Numbered from the stretch's first letter, positions 1 through 10,179 are shown. The stretch: DNA of 64,000 nt from Chloroflexota bacterium (GCA_964291655.2 OZ219802.1:2144001-2208000), one strand, 5' to 3'. The notes: a model not told the origin generated them from the sequence alone. Translations and numbers: made by a program.

Positions 1-113
1 GCCGCGAGCACTGGCACACATTGGTGGAGGCTATCAATGGCGCGCTTGACGCCGGAAACGGAACGCTTTCTCCGCAAAGCCGTAGCGGGACTGCCGTTCC
101 GGAAACGCCGTGA
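1..113 (+). CDS. 3' end of an upstream gene, probably a PadR-family regulator (partial)
   Basis: Frame from nt 3 reads REHWHTLVEAINGAL...* (TGA 111-113). This resembles the PadR C-terminal W..(F/L)..A(V/I) helix, and it overlaps the start of a HAAS-like protein, the usual PadR partner. Confidence 0.4.
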   Translation, partial: REHWHTLVEAINGALDAGNGTLSPQSRSGTAVPETP

Positions 114-1212
114 AGCCAAAGATGAACTGCGCGCGCACCTGAAAGATTCCATTTCGCAAGGGATGGCGCAAGGCAGCGAACGCGCGCGAGCGGAGCAAAA
201 AGCCGTGGCAGCACTTGGCGACACTGCGGAACTCAACCGTGGGCTGTTGCGTTCGCATTTCGGCAAGAAGTGGCTGCTTCACCACATCCTCCACAAACTC
301 GGCTGGTGGCTCCCTGAATTGCCACACATCCAATTGCGCCCGAAGTTCATGATCTGGAAGCATACGAGCAAGTACCCCCATCAATATGCCGAGGGCCGAT
401 ATGACGAAATCATCCCCCGCTTGGAACGAGAACTTGCTTCCCGTGGACCGAATGACGACATTCACCACGAACTTGGATTGGCCTACAACGCCAGCGGCGA
501 TTACGAGCGCGCGCTAACGCACTTACAGGCAGCGGTGAATTTGTGTAAAGCGCACTCGCAGCCGAAAACGTCTCCCGAAGAACGCGACATGGGGCTTGCA
601 ATAGTCTGTGGCAATTTAGCAGGGGTCTTGGAGACATTGGGCAGACATGACAAGGCCGAGTCGGCGATACGCGCCGGACTTGTCGCGGACGGCAGGAGCT
701 TCATGTTGAATTACCAACAGGCGAAAAATCTAGTAGGGCGCGGGGAAGTTAGTGAAGCGATGGAACATCTGGAAGTTTCCCTGAAAGATCCTACGACAGT
801 CGTCGGAAAGCTCGATCATGGTGAAACCCTTCTGCTCATCTTGGCTACAGATAGATTTGACCCTCTGCGCAAAGATCCACGTTTCAGTGCATTTGTGCAA
901 CGTGCCTATGGAGACCTGGCGGGCACACTCGAGCCCATGGCCGGTGACGCCGAGGTCGAGCAGGCGCTGCAAGGCAGTCTTGGCGAGAATGGTGAGGAAT
1001 TCCTGTTGAAAAACCAGAAGGCAAAAGGCTGTTTGGAAAAGGGCGATCTAGACGGTGCGTTTCAACATTTGGAGGCTTCCTTGAGCGACAAAGCCTCAAG
1101 CGGCAACTTTGGAAGGACCCTCCTCTTTCTCTTGACCTCTCAAGTCTTCGACCCCTTGCGAGACGATCCTCGATTCGATCACCTTTTGATGCAGGCCAGT
1201 CACTGGCCGTAG
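37..1212 (+). CDS. HAAS/permease-prefix-like domain plus TPR repeat protein
   Basis: N-terminal RKRREAKDELRAHL...AEQKAVAALGDTAEL motif; TPRs (HELGLAYNASGDYERALTHLQAA); two C-terminal FDPLR.DPRF modules; GGAGG upstream. Confidence 0.75.
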   Translation: MARLTPETERFLRKAVAGLPFRKRREAKDELRAHLKDSISQGMAQGSERARAEQKAVAALGDTAELNRGLLRSHFGKKWLLHHILHKLGWWLPELPHIQLRPKFMIWKHTSKYPHQYAEGRYDEIIPRLERELASRGPNDDIHHELGLAYNASGDYERALTHLQAAVNLCKAHSQPKTSPEERDMGLAIVCGNLAGVLETLGRHDKAESAIRAGLVADGRSFMLNYQQAKNLVGRGEVSEAMEHLEVSLKDPTTVVGKLDHGETLLLILATDRFDPLRKDPRFSAFVQRAYGDLAGTLEPMAGDAEVEQALQGSLGENGEEFLLKNQKAKGCLEKGDLDGAFQHLEASLSDKASSGNFGRTLLFLLTSQVFDPLRDDPRFDHLLMQASHWP

Positions 1213-1461
1213 CGCCATCCTCTCAACCTGTCTTCTCGCTCTAGGCTGCATCGCTCTCGCTTGTTGCAGTTGCAGGATTATGTAGAACATATCGGGATTC
1301 TCTGCATTCTTGGGCATACTGGGCGTACTTGCTGACTTTGCCAATATGAGTCTGCAAGCAGTTTGATTCGCTACTGATTCATGTTGAGCCCACTTGATTC
1401 CCCTGCACAACTGGGCTTGGAATCCGCGAGCACTCCAGATGGAATTTGGCAGCGTCGCTTT

Positions 1462-1492
1462 CGTTCACCCTTCGACAGGCTCAGGGTGAACG
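1462..1492. repeat. REP-like palindrome (CCCTTCGACAGGCTCAGGG family)
   Basis: cgttcaccc-ttcgacaggctca-gggtgaacg hairpin; relatives at ~3284, 10981, 20822, 24210, 25473 and 52205. Confidence 0.8.
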
Positions 1493-1570
1493 GGTTATCC
1501 TCTTCGTAGGTGCCTCCAGGATGCAATAGTCCCTTATGGTGCGCTCTGCCGTGTCCTGTTCGTCTTGACA

Positions 1571-3151
1571 ATGTCTGAACCTCACAGTCCGACCTCTTCT
1601 AACCGCTTGGCGTGGCTGCGGGCCGGCGGCAGTACCGTCGCCGGTGGCGCGACCATCCTCATGGTGAGCTACGTGCTCTCGCGCGTGTTGGGGTTGGCGC
1701 GGGAGGTCGCCATCAGCGCGCGGTTTGGGACGTCCAGCGAACTTGACGCCTACGTGGCGGCGTTTCGGCTGCCGGATTTGGCATTCCTACTCTTTGCCGG
1801 CGGCGCGTTGAGCTCCGCCTACATCCCGCTCTACCGTGAGGTGCTGGCGCGCAACGACCGCGCCGCCGCGCGCGCCTTTACGAGTGCGGCCCTCAATGCC
1901 GTCATCCTGGCCGTGGGGTTCTTCGTCGCCGTCATCATCCTGCTTGCCCCGTGGATCGTGCCGCTCTTTACCCATGGGTTCAATAGCGAGACCCGCACAC
2001 TCACCGTCGCGCTGCTTTGCATTGTCGCGTTCTCGCCTTTGTTGCTCGCCGCGAGCGAAGTGTTCACGGCCACGCTCCACACGCGGCAACACTTCCTGCT
2101 ACCCGCGCTGGCGCCGCTGCTCTACAATGCGGCCATTCTCGTCGGCGCCGTGGTGCTGGCGCTGCGGTGGGGCATCTACGGCGTGGCGGCCGGAGTCGTT
2201 ATTGGCGCGGGCTTGCACCTGCTCGTGCAGATACCGGCCTTTCGCGCGTTGGGCCCGGGCTACCGCCTGACCCTTGACCCGCACCTGCCGGAGCTGAAGC
2301 TCCTCATCCAACGCACCGCGCCGCGCATGGCCGGTCTGGTTACCGTCCACCTCTCCTTATTGTTTATCATGGTCACGCTCGCCTCCGGGTTGGGCGAGGG
2401 GGTGGTTGCGTCGCTCCACTATGCGTGGACTCTGATGATGCTGCCGCTGGGCGTCTTCGGCATGTCCGTGGCGCGGGCGTGGTTTCCGCAATTCGCAACT
2501 GCCGCCGTGGACGGCCCCACGCCTGAGTTAGCCCGGCAGCTTTCGGCGGCCATGCGCACGGTGCTCTTCTTCCTGCTGCCGTCGACAGCGGGACTGGTCC
2601 TCTTCGCACCGCTCATCGTGGCCACGATATTCGAGCGCGGCGCATTCGGCGTCGCCTCCACGGAACTCACCGCCTGGGCGCTGCTCTTCTTTGGGGTCGG
2701 CCTGGCCGGGCATGGCGCGGTGGAGGTGCTGAACCGGGGCTTCTTTGCGCTCAAGGACACGTGGACGCCGGTCCTGATCGGCATCGTGAGCATGGGGCTG
2801 GGCATCGCTCTTGCCTTCTTGCTCATGCAGCCGCTGGCACAAGGCGGCTTAGCGCTCGGCATCTCGCTGGCGGTGCTGCTGGAGGCCGTGTGGCTGTGGC
2901 TGCTGCTGGCGCGGCGGGTACCGGACTTTCGCTTATTTACCGGCACACTACCGCTGCTGCTCTGCACCATTCTCGCCGCAGGCGTAGGCGGCGGGCTGCA
3001 GTGGCTCGTTCCTCTCTCCGACACTCCTGCTATCCTGCGCCTGTGCCTGTACGGCGCCGTCTTACTTGGCGTCTATGTGCTCGCCGCGTTGGTCCTCGGC
3101 GTGCCGGAAGCGCGCACGGTGTGGCAGCGGTTGCCGTTGTTCCGGCGCTGA
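1571..3151 (+). CDS. murJ: Lipid II flippase MurJ (MviN)
   Basis: SRVLGLARE...FG...DAYVAAFRLPD...GGALSSAYIP motif; many TM helices; RGFFALKDTWTP. ATG at 1571 chosen over TTG 1565. Confidence 0.95.
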   Translation: MSEPHSPTSSNRLAWLRAGGSTVAGGATILMVSYVLSRVLGLAREVAISARFGTSSELDAYVAAFRLPDLAFLLFAGGALSSAYIPLYREVLARNDRAAARAFTSAALNAVILAVGFFVAVIILLAPWIVPLFTHGFNSETRTLTVALLCIVAFSPLLLAASEVFTATLHTRQHFLLPALAPLLYNAAILVGAVVLALRWGIYGVAAGVVIGAGLHLLVQIPAFRALGPGYRLTLDPHLPELKLLIQRTAPRMAGLVTVHLSLLFIMVTLASGLGEGVVASLHYAWTLMMLPLGVFGMSVARAWFPQFATAAVDGPTPELARQLSAAMRTVLFFLLPSTAGLVLFAPLIVATIFERGAFGVASTELTAWALLFFGVGLAGHGAVEVLNRGFFALKDTWTPVLIGIVSMGLGIALAFLLMQPLAQGGLALGISLAVLLEAVWLWLLLARRVPDFRLFTGTLPLLLCTILAAGVGGGLQWLVPLSDTPAILRLCLYGAVLLGVYVLAALVLGVPEARTVWQRLPLFRR

Positions 3152-3283
3152 CGGGGTTAGAGAAGCGTGTTTGGAAGCGTGAGCACTCTCTCTGGCGCAA
3201 CTATCCTTGGGATACGTCATTTCACGGGGCATACCACCGAACGGAGTAACAAGAGGGCGTGCCTCTCGGGCGGAGCGCTGTTC

Positions 3284-3339
3284 CCGTTCACCCTTCGACC
3301 CTTCGGCCAACTCAGGACAGGCAGGCTCAGGGCGAACGG
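3284..3339. repeat. Nested REP-like palindrome
   Basis: Outer ccgttcacccttcga...caggctcagggcgaacgg repeat with a second copy in its loop. Confidence 0.75.
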
Positions 3340-3466
3340 GTTTGGTAGGGCGTAGTAGGCGCCCTCAACGCCGTTTGTGTTTGACAAGAGACTAGGCGCA
3401 GCCACCTCAGCACAGCCCTCCCGCCTGTTCTACTGCACACTGGCGCATCAATTGGGCGAACCAATG

Positions 3467-3495
3467 TTGACGCAAACGTCATGTTAATATATATT
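3467..3495 (+). promoter_or_regulatory. Sigma70-type promoter with an overlapping palindromic operator candidate
   Basis: TTGACG-17 nt-TATATT ~50 nt upstream of ATG 3545; inverted repeat TGACG-caaa-CGTCA (3468-3481) covers the -35. Confidence 0.55.
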
Positions 3496-3544
3496 GCCCA
3501 TTTAGAGTGATTGACTTCGCGTAGTTTGTCAGGAGTGAGCCATC

Positions 3545-4933
3545 ATGGTTACCCGACGAAGCTTTTTGCGCTTTAGCGGTGTAGCGGCTACGGCGCTGGT
3601 TGCTGCCGCGTGCGGCACGGTGCAGACCGCCCCGGCGGCTGAAGAGCCCGCCATGGAGGAGAAAGAAGCCCCCAAGGAATCCGCCCAGGAGGCTCCCGCC
3701 AAGGAGGTGCGGAAGCTATCCATCAATAGCTACGGCAACGCCGCGGTGCTCGAGCGTTATGTGCGCGTCTTAGGCGTGTTCAACGAGACGTTTGCCGGTG
3801 AGTATGAGGCGGAAGCGACCATAACGCCGTTCGCCGAGTACAACCCCAAGCTCATTTCTCAGATTACGGCGGGCGTGCCGCCGGACGTCTGGAACCTGTG
3901 GGCGCAATTCAAGTCCAATTACGTGGAGCGCGGCCTTGTGCTCGACATAACCGATCGTGTCAAAGCGAGCGCGACTGCCAGCCTGGACCACTATGTCCAG
4001 CCGATGCATGAGGCCATGTCGTATCAAGGCCGCATCTGGGGCACGGCACAGGACTTCAACGGCACCCTGATCTATCTCAACCAGACCATCTTCCAGAACG
4101 CGGGATTGGAATTGCCGGCCGAAGGCTGGACGATGGACGATCTTCGCGACATTGCGAAGCGCACCGTCAATCCGGAGGAGAACATCTGGGGCGGCAAGAA
4201 TCTTGCAAACAACACCGGCTCTGACAACTTCGCGGTGATGTGGAACTACGGCCAACACTTTTGGGTGGACGACGACCAGGCCAAATCGTTGGTGAATAGT
4301 CCGGCCGCCGTGGCCATGTATACCATCTATCAAGAAATGGCGTTTGCCGACCGCAGCATGCCGTCGGCGGCCAATCCCCAGGCTGAGGGCCTCGGTTCCC
4401 ATCAAGGGTACTATGCCACGTGGGACGCCTGGGGCAACGAGCCCTGGTGGATAAATTTCCGTAACGAGGGCAACGTGCCGTTCGAATGGCAGGCCCATAC
4501 GTATCCCGCAGGCCCCATGGACCAGAAGCACTTCTCCCAAGGCCACCTGTGGTCGATTGCGGAATCGCATCCGGACCACGATACCGCTTGGTTCCTTGCC
4601 GAGTGGATCGGCGGCATCGAGGGCTGGAAACAATGGGTAGCCTTGGGCCAGGGTCAGCCACTGCCGGTTTCCGATCGCGCGCTGTGGGAGCAGTATTATA
4701 GCTTCCTGGAGCCGGATAAGGCGCAGATACAGACCGACTTCATGCTGGAACGCATGTACAACGGCCTGGCGTTCAACTTCCAGTACTGGCCGACGTACGG
4801 CGACTGCAGCGGCATCATGCGCGAGGCACATCAGGTCATCTTTGGCGAGTCGCCCGGCGAGGTGAAGTCCAACCTTGACGAAGCCGCCAAGCGCATGACG
4901 GCGGTTCTGGAGGAGTACAAGAGCAATACGTAG
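3545..4933 (+). CDS. ABC transporter extracellular solute-binding lipoprotein (sugar-type, Tat signal)
   Basis: TRRSFL twin-arginine motif, lipobox AAAC, Ala/Glu/Pro linker, AGVPPDV and WTMDDL SBP motifs. Confidence 0.9.
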   Translation: MVTRRSFLRFSGVAATALVAAACGTVQTAPAAEEPAMEEKEAPKESAQEAPAKEVRKLSINSYGNAAVLERYVRVLGVFNETFAGEYEAEATITPFAEYNPKLISQITAGVPPDVWNLWAQFKSNYVERGLVLDITDRVKASATASLDHYVQPMHEAMSYQGRIWGTAQDFNGTLIYLNQTIFQNAGLELPAEGWTMDDLRDIAKRTVNPEENIWGGKNLANNTGSDNFAVMWNYGQHFWVDDDQAKSLVNSPAAVAMYTIYQEMAFADRSMPSAANPQAEGLGSHQGYYATWDAWGNEPWWINFRNEGNVPFEWQAHTYPAGPMDQKHFSQGHLWSIAESHPDHDTAWFLAEWIGGIEGWKQWVALGQGQPLPVSDRALWEQYYSFLEPDKAQIQTDFMLERMYNGLAFNFQYWPTYGDCSGIMREAHQVIFGESPGEVKSNLDEAAKRMTAVLEEYKSNT

Positions 4934-4993
4934 GCGCTCCTGTTGGCGGCTGCGAGCATCGTGACAAAGCTGTCTTGAGCATCAACGAAGTAA

Positions 4994-5025
4994 GGGGGGG
5001 CACGGCATGCCGTGCCCCCCCCCCC
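4994..5025 (+). terminator. GC-rich hairpin (REP-like or terminator) after the SBP gene
   Basis: gggggggcacggc-at-gccgtgccccccc inverted repeat. Confidence 0.5.
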
Positions 5026-5421
5026 TATCTTCTCTATATGCATAGGCGAACTTCGCAAGAACCTAGTGGTTCGATGTTGTTGTATTTATGGGTAGCGTAG
5101 ATTCACACGGGACGTGCGCGTAACCTGCGCCGTTTCCTGAGCTGTCTCTTACACCTACCCATCATTTCAATATAGTTGGACCACTTGCCTTCTGCCGTCT
5201 AACTCCATCTCCCTGGAGAGAGAGTTGGGGTGAGGGCACTGGCGGGAAACTGTCTACTCCGGGCAGCATCAAAGAGGCCGCAAATCCCCCCTCCCCTCAT
5301 GTCCTTGCTTCGTGTGCGTGGCAAAGCGTTGACACAAAGCCCTTGCATCTAACTTGGCATGCTGATACATGGAGAGAGGCAGCGTATCGCCGGTCTAGGC
5401 TGTTTCACCCGCGCTGCCTTA

Positions 5422-5575
5422 GGAGAACTTTGCATAAGCTCACTTTAAGGCAGAGGCACTCCCTCTCCCCAAGGAGAGGGAGAAGTATCCTTCCCATGAG
5501 ACCATAGTTCGCTAAGGTCTCCTCTGGGAGAGGGGGAAATGTGCTTCTCTCGAGACCAAGTTACGCAAAGGTCTG
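5422..5575. mobile_element. Degenerate GAGACC-family MITE/REP composite
   Basis: gagaactttgcataag ... gttacgcaaaggtct ends resemble the 139-bp MITE TIRs; internal ccctctcc/ggagaggg hairpins. Confidence 0.45.
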
Positions 5576-5590
5576 CTTTGGAGCAGCGAG

Positions 5591-6502
5591 CTAGAGTCCG
5601 GCGCTAGCCACAATTTCGTCGATTTCCCGCATCTGCTGGGGTGAGAGTTCCCAGTCGCCTGCGCCGAGCCAGCCTTCCACCTGCGCGGGACTCTTGGCGC
5701 CAACCAGCGCTGTCGTCATGGCGGGGTGCGCCAGTACCCACGCGATATCAAGCTCGATGAGCGTATGACCGTGGTCGGCGGCATAGGCGGCGAGTTGCTT
5801 TGCCATGCGGATGGTCCGCTTGAACTTCTCGCCCGCAAACCGCTCGTTCTGGCTGCGGATGTCGTCTGGGCCGAAAACATGGTCTTCTTCGTAGCTGCCC
5901 GTGAGCAGCCCCTGACCCAAAGGGGCGTACGCCAGCACGCCAATGCCCTGCTCTTGGCAGAACGGCAAGACATCCGCCTCGATCTCGCGGTCGAGCAAGT
6001 TGTAGCGGGGCTGATCGGAGTCCACGTGCCGCACCTGCAAGCACGCCTGCATCTGCTCGGCGGAGAAATTGGATACCCCCGCGTAGCGCACCTTGCCTTG
6101 TTGAATCAAGTCGTCGATGGCCTGCATGCTCTCGGCAAAGTCCATCTCGTCGCTGGGCCAGTGGATCTGATAGAGGTCGATGTAGTCGGTATGCAGGTGC
6201 TGCAAACTGCGTTCGGCGGCAGTGAGCAGGTCGTCGCGGCGCCAATTCTCCGGCAAGACTTTCGTCGCGATGAAGACCTCGTCGCGCCGGTTGCCCACGG
6301 CCTTGGCCACAAGCTCCTCGGAGAGGCCGAAACCGTACGCCTCCGCCGTGTCGATAAGAGTCACGCCGCCGTCCACCGCCCGTTGAATCGCCGTCACGGC
6401 GTCGCGCTCTTCCACCGGCCCCAGCTTGCCCGCAATCGGCCATGCCCCAAAGCCGAGCACCGAGACTTCCGGGCCGTTCTTACCAAGTCTTCGTGTCCGC
6501 AC
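5591..6502 (-). CDS. Aldo/keto reductase
   Basis: LGFGAW, DTAEAYG, IATK, DYIDLYQIHWP, GVSNF, YNLL and APLGQGLL motifs. Confidence 0.95.
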   Translation of the reverse strand: MRTRRLGKNGPEVSVLGFGAWPIAGKLGPVEERDAVTAIQRAVDGGVTLIDTAEAYGFGLSEELVAKAVGNRRDEVFIATKVLPENWRRDDLLTAAERSLQHLHTDYIDLYQIHWPSDEMDFAESMQAIDDLIQQGKVRYAGVSNFSAEQMQACLQVRHVDSDQPRYNLLDREIEADVLPFCQEQGIGVLAYAPLGQGLLTGSYEEDHVFGPDDIRSQNERFAGEKFKRTIRMAKQLAAYAADHGHTLIELDIAWVLAHPAMTTALVGAKSPAQVEGWLGAGDWELSPQQMREIDEIVASAGL

Positions 6503-6750
6503 GCCGTTACCTCCAGCCTTTAGGTTGTTTTTCCTAGCTTACCGCATTTGAGGTGAGGAAATGTCGCACCCGGCTGGGCAGCATTTTATCTTTCCCTCTG
6601 CGAGCAAACATGGGACAAGCCACATGCGCTGTGAGGCTGCGCAGAACGCAGGCAGAGGCGAGCAGTAAGGACAAGGGTTACAGATCGATACGGAGTGGGA
6701 GGCTTCTATCGACAGCCGGTTTGTAGGCGTACATCTGAACCCGCGCCAGG

Positions 6751-7059
6751 CTAGAATACCTGGTCGAGTTTGGGTCTCGGAAGGCCAAGCTGTTCGATGC
6801 TGGGCAGAGCCTCTTCAAGCTTGCAGAGCAGTTCGCGATACCGGGCCTGCTGTATGGGATGCATTTGATAGGCGATACGTGCGCGATCCAAGCTTTCCAT
6901 GCGGGCCATCATCTCGTCCCATTCGAGTAGGAAACCAGCTTGATGGTCATCAAGCATGTGCGGCCATTCATCTACAATAGCTGGCAAGTTTTCAATCTCG
7001 GCTGCAATAGCGCTCAGCTTAAGGTCAATTCGCTCATTTACCGTGGCCTGCGCAGCCAT
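6751..7059 (-). CDS. Small acidic helical hypothetical protein (candidate antitoxin/immunity)
   Basis: 102-aa ORF whose start overlaps the stop of the upstream ORF. Confidence 0.6.
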   Translation of the reverse strand: MAAQATVNERIDLKLSAIAAEIENLPAIVDEWPHMLDDHQAGFLLEWDEMMARMESLDRARIAYQMHPIQQARYRELLCKLEEALPSIEQLGLPRPKLDQVF

Positions 7060-7592
7060 CTTTGTTCGCTCCGTCCAAACCGTTTAAGGTATTCAAGACC
7101 TTCTTCAAGCTGGAAGGCGGTAGCAATATTCCCCGTAGACACGCGATACTCTACAAGCAACCATTCGTATCCACCAGGTCCCTGCAACTCTCGCGAGCGG
7201 CGGATAATGCTAAGGTGGCAACCTTTATCGCGATATGTGCTTGTCAGGAGGCCGCTGTCAGGGTCACGTATTACGTCGCGTAGACTTTCTCGGTACGCAG
7301 CAAATGCCATACCGGGCGGCCACTCTTGCCGCACCACAGCGTGCTTCAAGTAGTGCACCACATCAGTAGTCAATTCGTCACCAGGTTGAAGAACTCGTCC
7401 TCTCCACTGCGTGCCGACCAATTCACGGGAGATACGCAGTTTCCAAGTAAGATTATACCATGCGTGGGCTACGTGCTTCTGAATCTCCCCTAACGAGTTA
7501 GGGGTAAGCTGTCGCTCACCTCTCGACGCTTCCAGGATATGTCGGTCTAATCTCGCGCTCGCACTATCCGCTGATGACACTGCTGCCCTCAC
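7038..7592 (-). CDS. Hypothetical protein, possible BECR-fold ribonuclease toxin
   Basis: 184-aa ORF with HYLKH and C-terminal VEY...GNIATAF, reminiscent of barnase/EndoU/colicin/RelE-fold toxins; function is an inference. Confidence 0.55.
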   Translation of the reverse strand: MRAAVSSADSASARLDRHILEASRGERQLTPNSLGEIQKHVAHAWYNLTWKLRISRELVGTQWRGRVLQPGDELTTDVVHYLKHAVVRQEWPPGMAFAAYRESLRDVIRDPDSGLLTSTYRDKGCHLSIIRRSRELQGPGGYEWLLVEYRVSTGNIATAFQLEEGLEYLKRFGRSEQRWLRRPR

Positions 7593-7604
7593 CTACCGAA
7601 TGGT

Positions 7605-8630
7605 CTACATTTGCGCTGCCGTGGCGACGATTTGCTCGCAGAGGGCGATGTCTGCCAGGCCTTCTGCCGCGTTGGGGGTGGGGGTGACGCCCTGCTGGAT
7701 ACAGCGGAGAAAGTAGCGGATTTCCTCGGTAAAGGCTTCACGCACAGGTACGTCCAGCCGCGTGGTGCCCGCAGGGGCGTGCAGGATGACGGCGGACGGC
7801 TGGCGGAAGAGCAGCGGCGGCGCGTGGACAAGCTCGATGCGCCCGGTGGTGCCGTAGATGGTGGCTGCTTGGTCCCAGGGAGCATTCGCATACGCCAATT
7901 TTCCAACTTCGAGAACCGTTTCATGCGTCGCGTAGTCGAGCACGGCCAAACGCGGCGGTCCCAGGGAGGCGTAGCGGACGCCGGTGGGATCGCCGAGCAA
8001 GTGCCGCATCAAATTAACGTCATGCACCCACAATTCGAACCACTCGACCAGCGTGCGTTGGAGGGACTCCTCTGGAGAAGGGCGCGCGGTTGAGGCCGGG
8101 GCGGTCACGTCCGGTTGCGGTTCAATGGGCAGGGCATGGAGCGTCGCCGCGCCCATCTGCGAGTTTCCGCCAAAGTCGCGAAATTGGGCGAAACGCACGT
8201 CGCCGATTTGCTGTTCCGCAAGCAGTTTCTTGGCAAGCTGCACGGCGGGATCGAATTGCCGCATATACCCCACCATTACCGGGGTGCCGGTGCGCATGCT
8301 TGCCGCACGGATCTGTTCCGCGTCTTCGCGCGATCCTGCCAGGGGCTTCTCGGTAAAGACCGGCACGCCGGCTTCCAGCAGCGGGATGATGGCAGCGGCA
8401 TGGTGCTCCTTGAGTGTCACAACCACTGCACAATCTAACTCTCCGGCGTATTCTGCGAGTTCCCCGGCACTGCCGCAGATGCGCGGTATGCAATAGGCTG
8501 CGGCCAGCTTCTCTGCGCGATCGCGATCAAGTTCGGCGATGGCAACTAGCTCGACATCGGATATCTGCAGCAAAGACGGCAGATGCGTAATCTGCATCAT
8601 GTTTCCTGCGCCGACTAGACCAACCCGCAT
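7605..8630 (-). CDS. Gfo/Idh/MocA-family oxidoreductase
   Basis: RVGLVGAG Rossmann motif, VFTEKP, VGYMRQFDP, VHDVN. Confidence 0.93.
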   Translation of the reverse strand: MRVGLVGAGNMMQITHLPSLLQISDVELVAIAELDRDRAEKLAAAYCIPRICGSAGELAEYAGELDCAVVVTLKEHHAAAIIPLLEAGVPVFTEKPLAGSREDAEQIRAASMRTGTPVMVGYMRQFDPAVQLAKKLLAEQQIGDVRFAQFRDFGGNSQMGAATLHALPIEPQPDVTAPASTARPSPEESLQRTLVEWFELWVHDVNLMRHLLGDPTGVRYASLGPPRLAVLDYATHETVLEVGKLAYANAPWDQAATIYGTTGRIELVHAPPLLFRQPSAVILHAPAGTTRLDVPVREAFTEEIRYFLRCIQQGVTPTPNAAEGLADIALCEQIVATAAQM

Positions 8631-8789
8631 GTTCGTCTCCTTAGCGACTCACCTACGTCTCCTACGAACGGACACTATCATTACAAGCATTGTGCACCAG
8701 GCTGGTACATCTTGGGCCATTGAGATTGATCAAAGCGAGCACACGCTGCTTCAAGCCCAAGCCACTGCATGGCTGGGTGTGGCTGTGCC

Positions 8790-9911
8790 TTAGTGGCCTG
8801 CGCGGAAGGCGTCGATGCCTGCGAGCAAGCGGTCGATGTCCGTGCGGTCGTTGAACACGTGCGGGTCAACGCGGAAGAGATTGCGGAGGAAGTAGGTGTC
8901 CACGCCATGCGCGGTCAGGTAGGCTTGCAGGTCGCCCGCGTCGTCGATTTCGGCGGCAATCACGCCTGCGCGCCGGGTGGAATCTCGCGGTGTCCGCACG
9001 GTGATCCCTCGCTCTTGCAGCCCCTCAATACAATACTCTGTCAGATCGAGCACGTGGGCCTCCACGGCTGCCATGCCGGTTTTCAGCAGGACTTCGATTC
9101 CCGGAAGGGTTGCGGCGACGCCCATGAGGTTCGGCATGCCCAACTGAAAGCGCTCGGCGCTGGGCTGGAGTTGAAGTTCCTCAAGGTCGGTCTGGGTCGT
9201 GCTCACCCAACCCGCCGTCGATGGCTGTCTGTCGAGATGGCGTTTGGCAACGAAAAGAAAACCAACGCCGGCAGGGCCGAGGAGCCATTTCATCGCGGTA
9301 GTGCTAAAGAAATCAACGCCGGTTGCGTGGAGATCGATGTTAAGCGCTCCGGCCGATTGCGCGCCGTCCACGAGCAGCAAGGCCCCGTGCGCATGCGCAA
9401 GCTTCGCCAGGGCGCCAATGTCGTGACGAAAACCCTGCGCGGGCGTGACGTGGGAGACGCTCACAGCAACGGTATTGTCGTCAATAGCCCGTTCCATGTC
9501 CTCCATGTGGATTAACCCGTCGCGAGGCGGGACGAAGCGACGCTCAAGTCTATCACGCGGCGGCAACATCCAAGGATACACGCTGGAAGGATAGGGGAAG
9601 CCGTCGAACACGACATTGCCGCCTGGCTTGGGGGCAATCAAGCTTACGGCAAGACTTGATCCCGCTGACGTGCTGTCATTGACGGCAATCTCATCTGAAT
9701 CAGCGCCCATTAATTCTGCGTATGATTCCCGAAGCGCGCGGGTTTCGTCCATGAAGCGCGGATAGAGATCGCCGGTCTTGTGGGTAAGCGCGGCGAGATG
9801 GTGCTTGAGCGCTGTCAGCATAGGCGTGGATGCCGGCGCAATGCCGCCGCTGAAGAGATACGCGCGCTCTTCAAGTATGGGAAAGAGGTTGCGTACGTCT
9901 GCCGGTGTCAT
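8790..9911 (-). CDS. Aminotransferase class V PLP enzyme (cysteine desulfurase/selenocysteine lyase-like)
   Basis: VDGAQSAG, KWLLGPAGVG (PLP lysine), RFQLG and PHVFN motifs. Confidence 0.9.
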   Translation of the reverse strand: MTPADVRNLFPILEERAYLFSGGIAPASTPMLTALKHHLAALTHKTGDLYPRFMDETRALRESYAELMGADSDEIAVNDSTSAGSSLAVSLIAPKPGGNVVFDGFPYPSSVYPWMLPPRDRLERRFVPPRDGLIHMEDMERAIDDNTVAVSVSHVTPAQGFRHDIGALAKLAHAHGALLLVDGAQSAGALNIDLHATGVDFFSTTAMKWLLGPAGVGFLFVAKRHLDRQPSTAGWVSTTQTDLEELQLQPSAERFQLGMPNLMGVAATLPGIEVLLKTGMAAVEAHVLDLTEYCIEGLQERGITVRTPRDSTRRAGVIAAEIDDAGDLQAYLTAHGVDTYFLRNLFRVDPHVFNDRTDIDRLLAGIDAFRAGH

Positions 9912-10179
9912 GTAATACTCCCAGGCGTCGTGGAGCGGGAGAGCATGGTATTGTCATTATCCCTGTGACGCATCTGCACACCGGCGACCGCAGTCATTCA
10001 TGCTTGATACGGTAGCACAGGTCTGAAACCTGTGCCCACCGGGTATTGTGCAATGGTCGCCACGGTCTACGCAGGGTCTTGCGATTGCCACCCTGAACAA
10101 CGTGAAGGGCCTAAGATATCTCCGGCCACGCAACGGTGCTTCTAAGTGGGGACCTTAGATTCCTCGAACCCTGTTCGCC

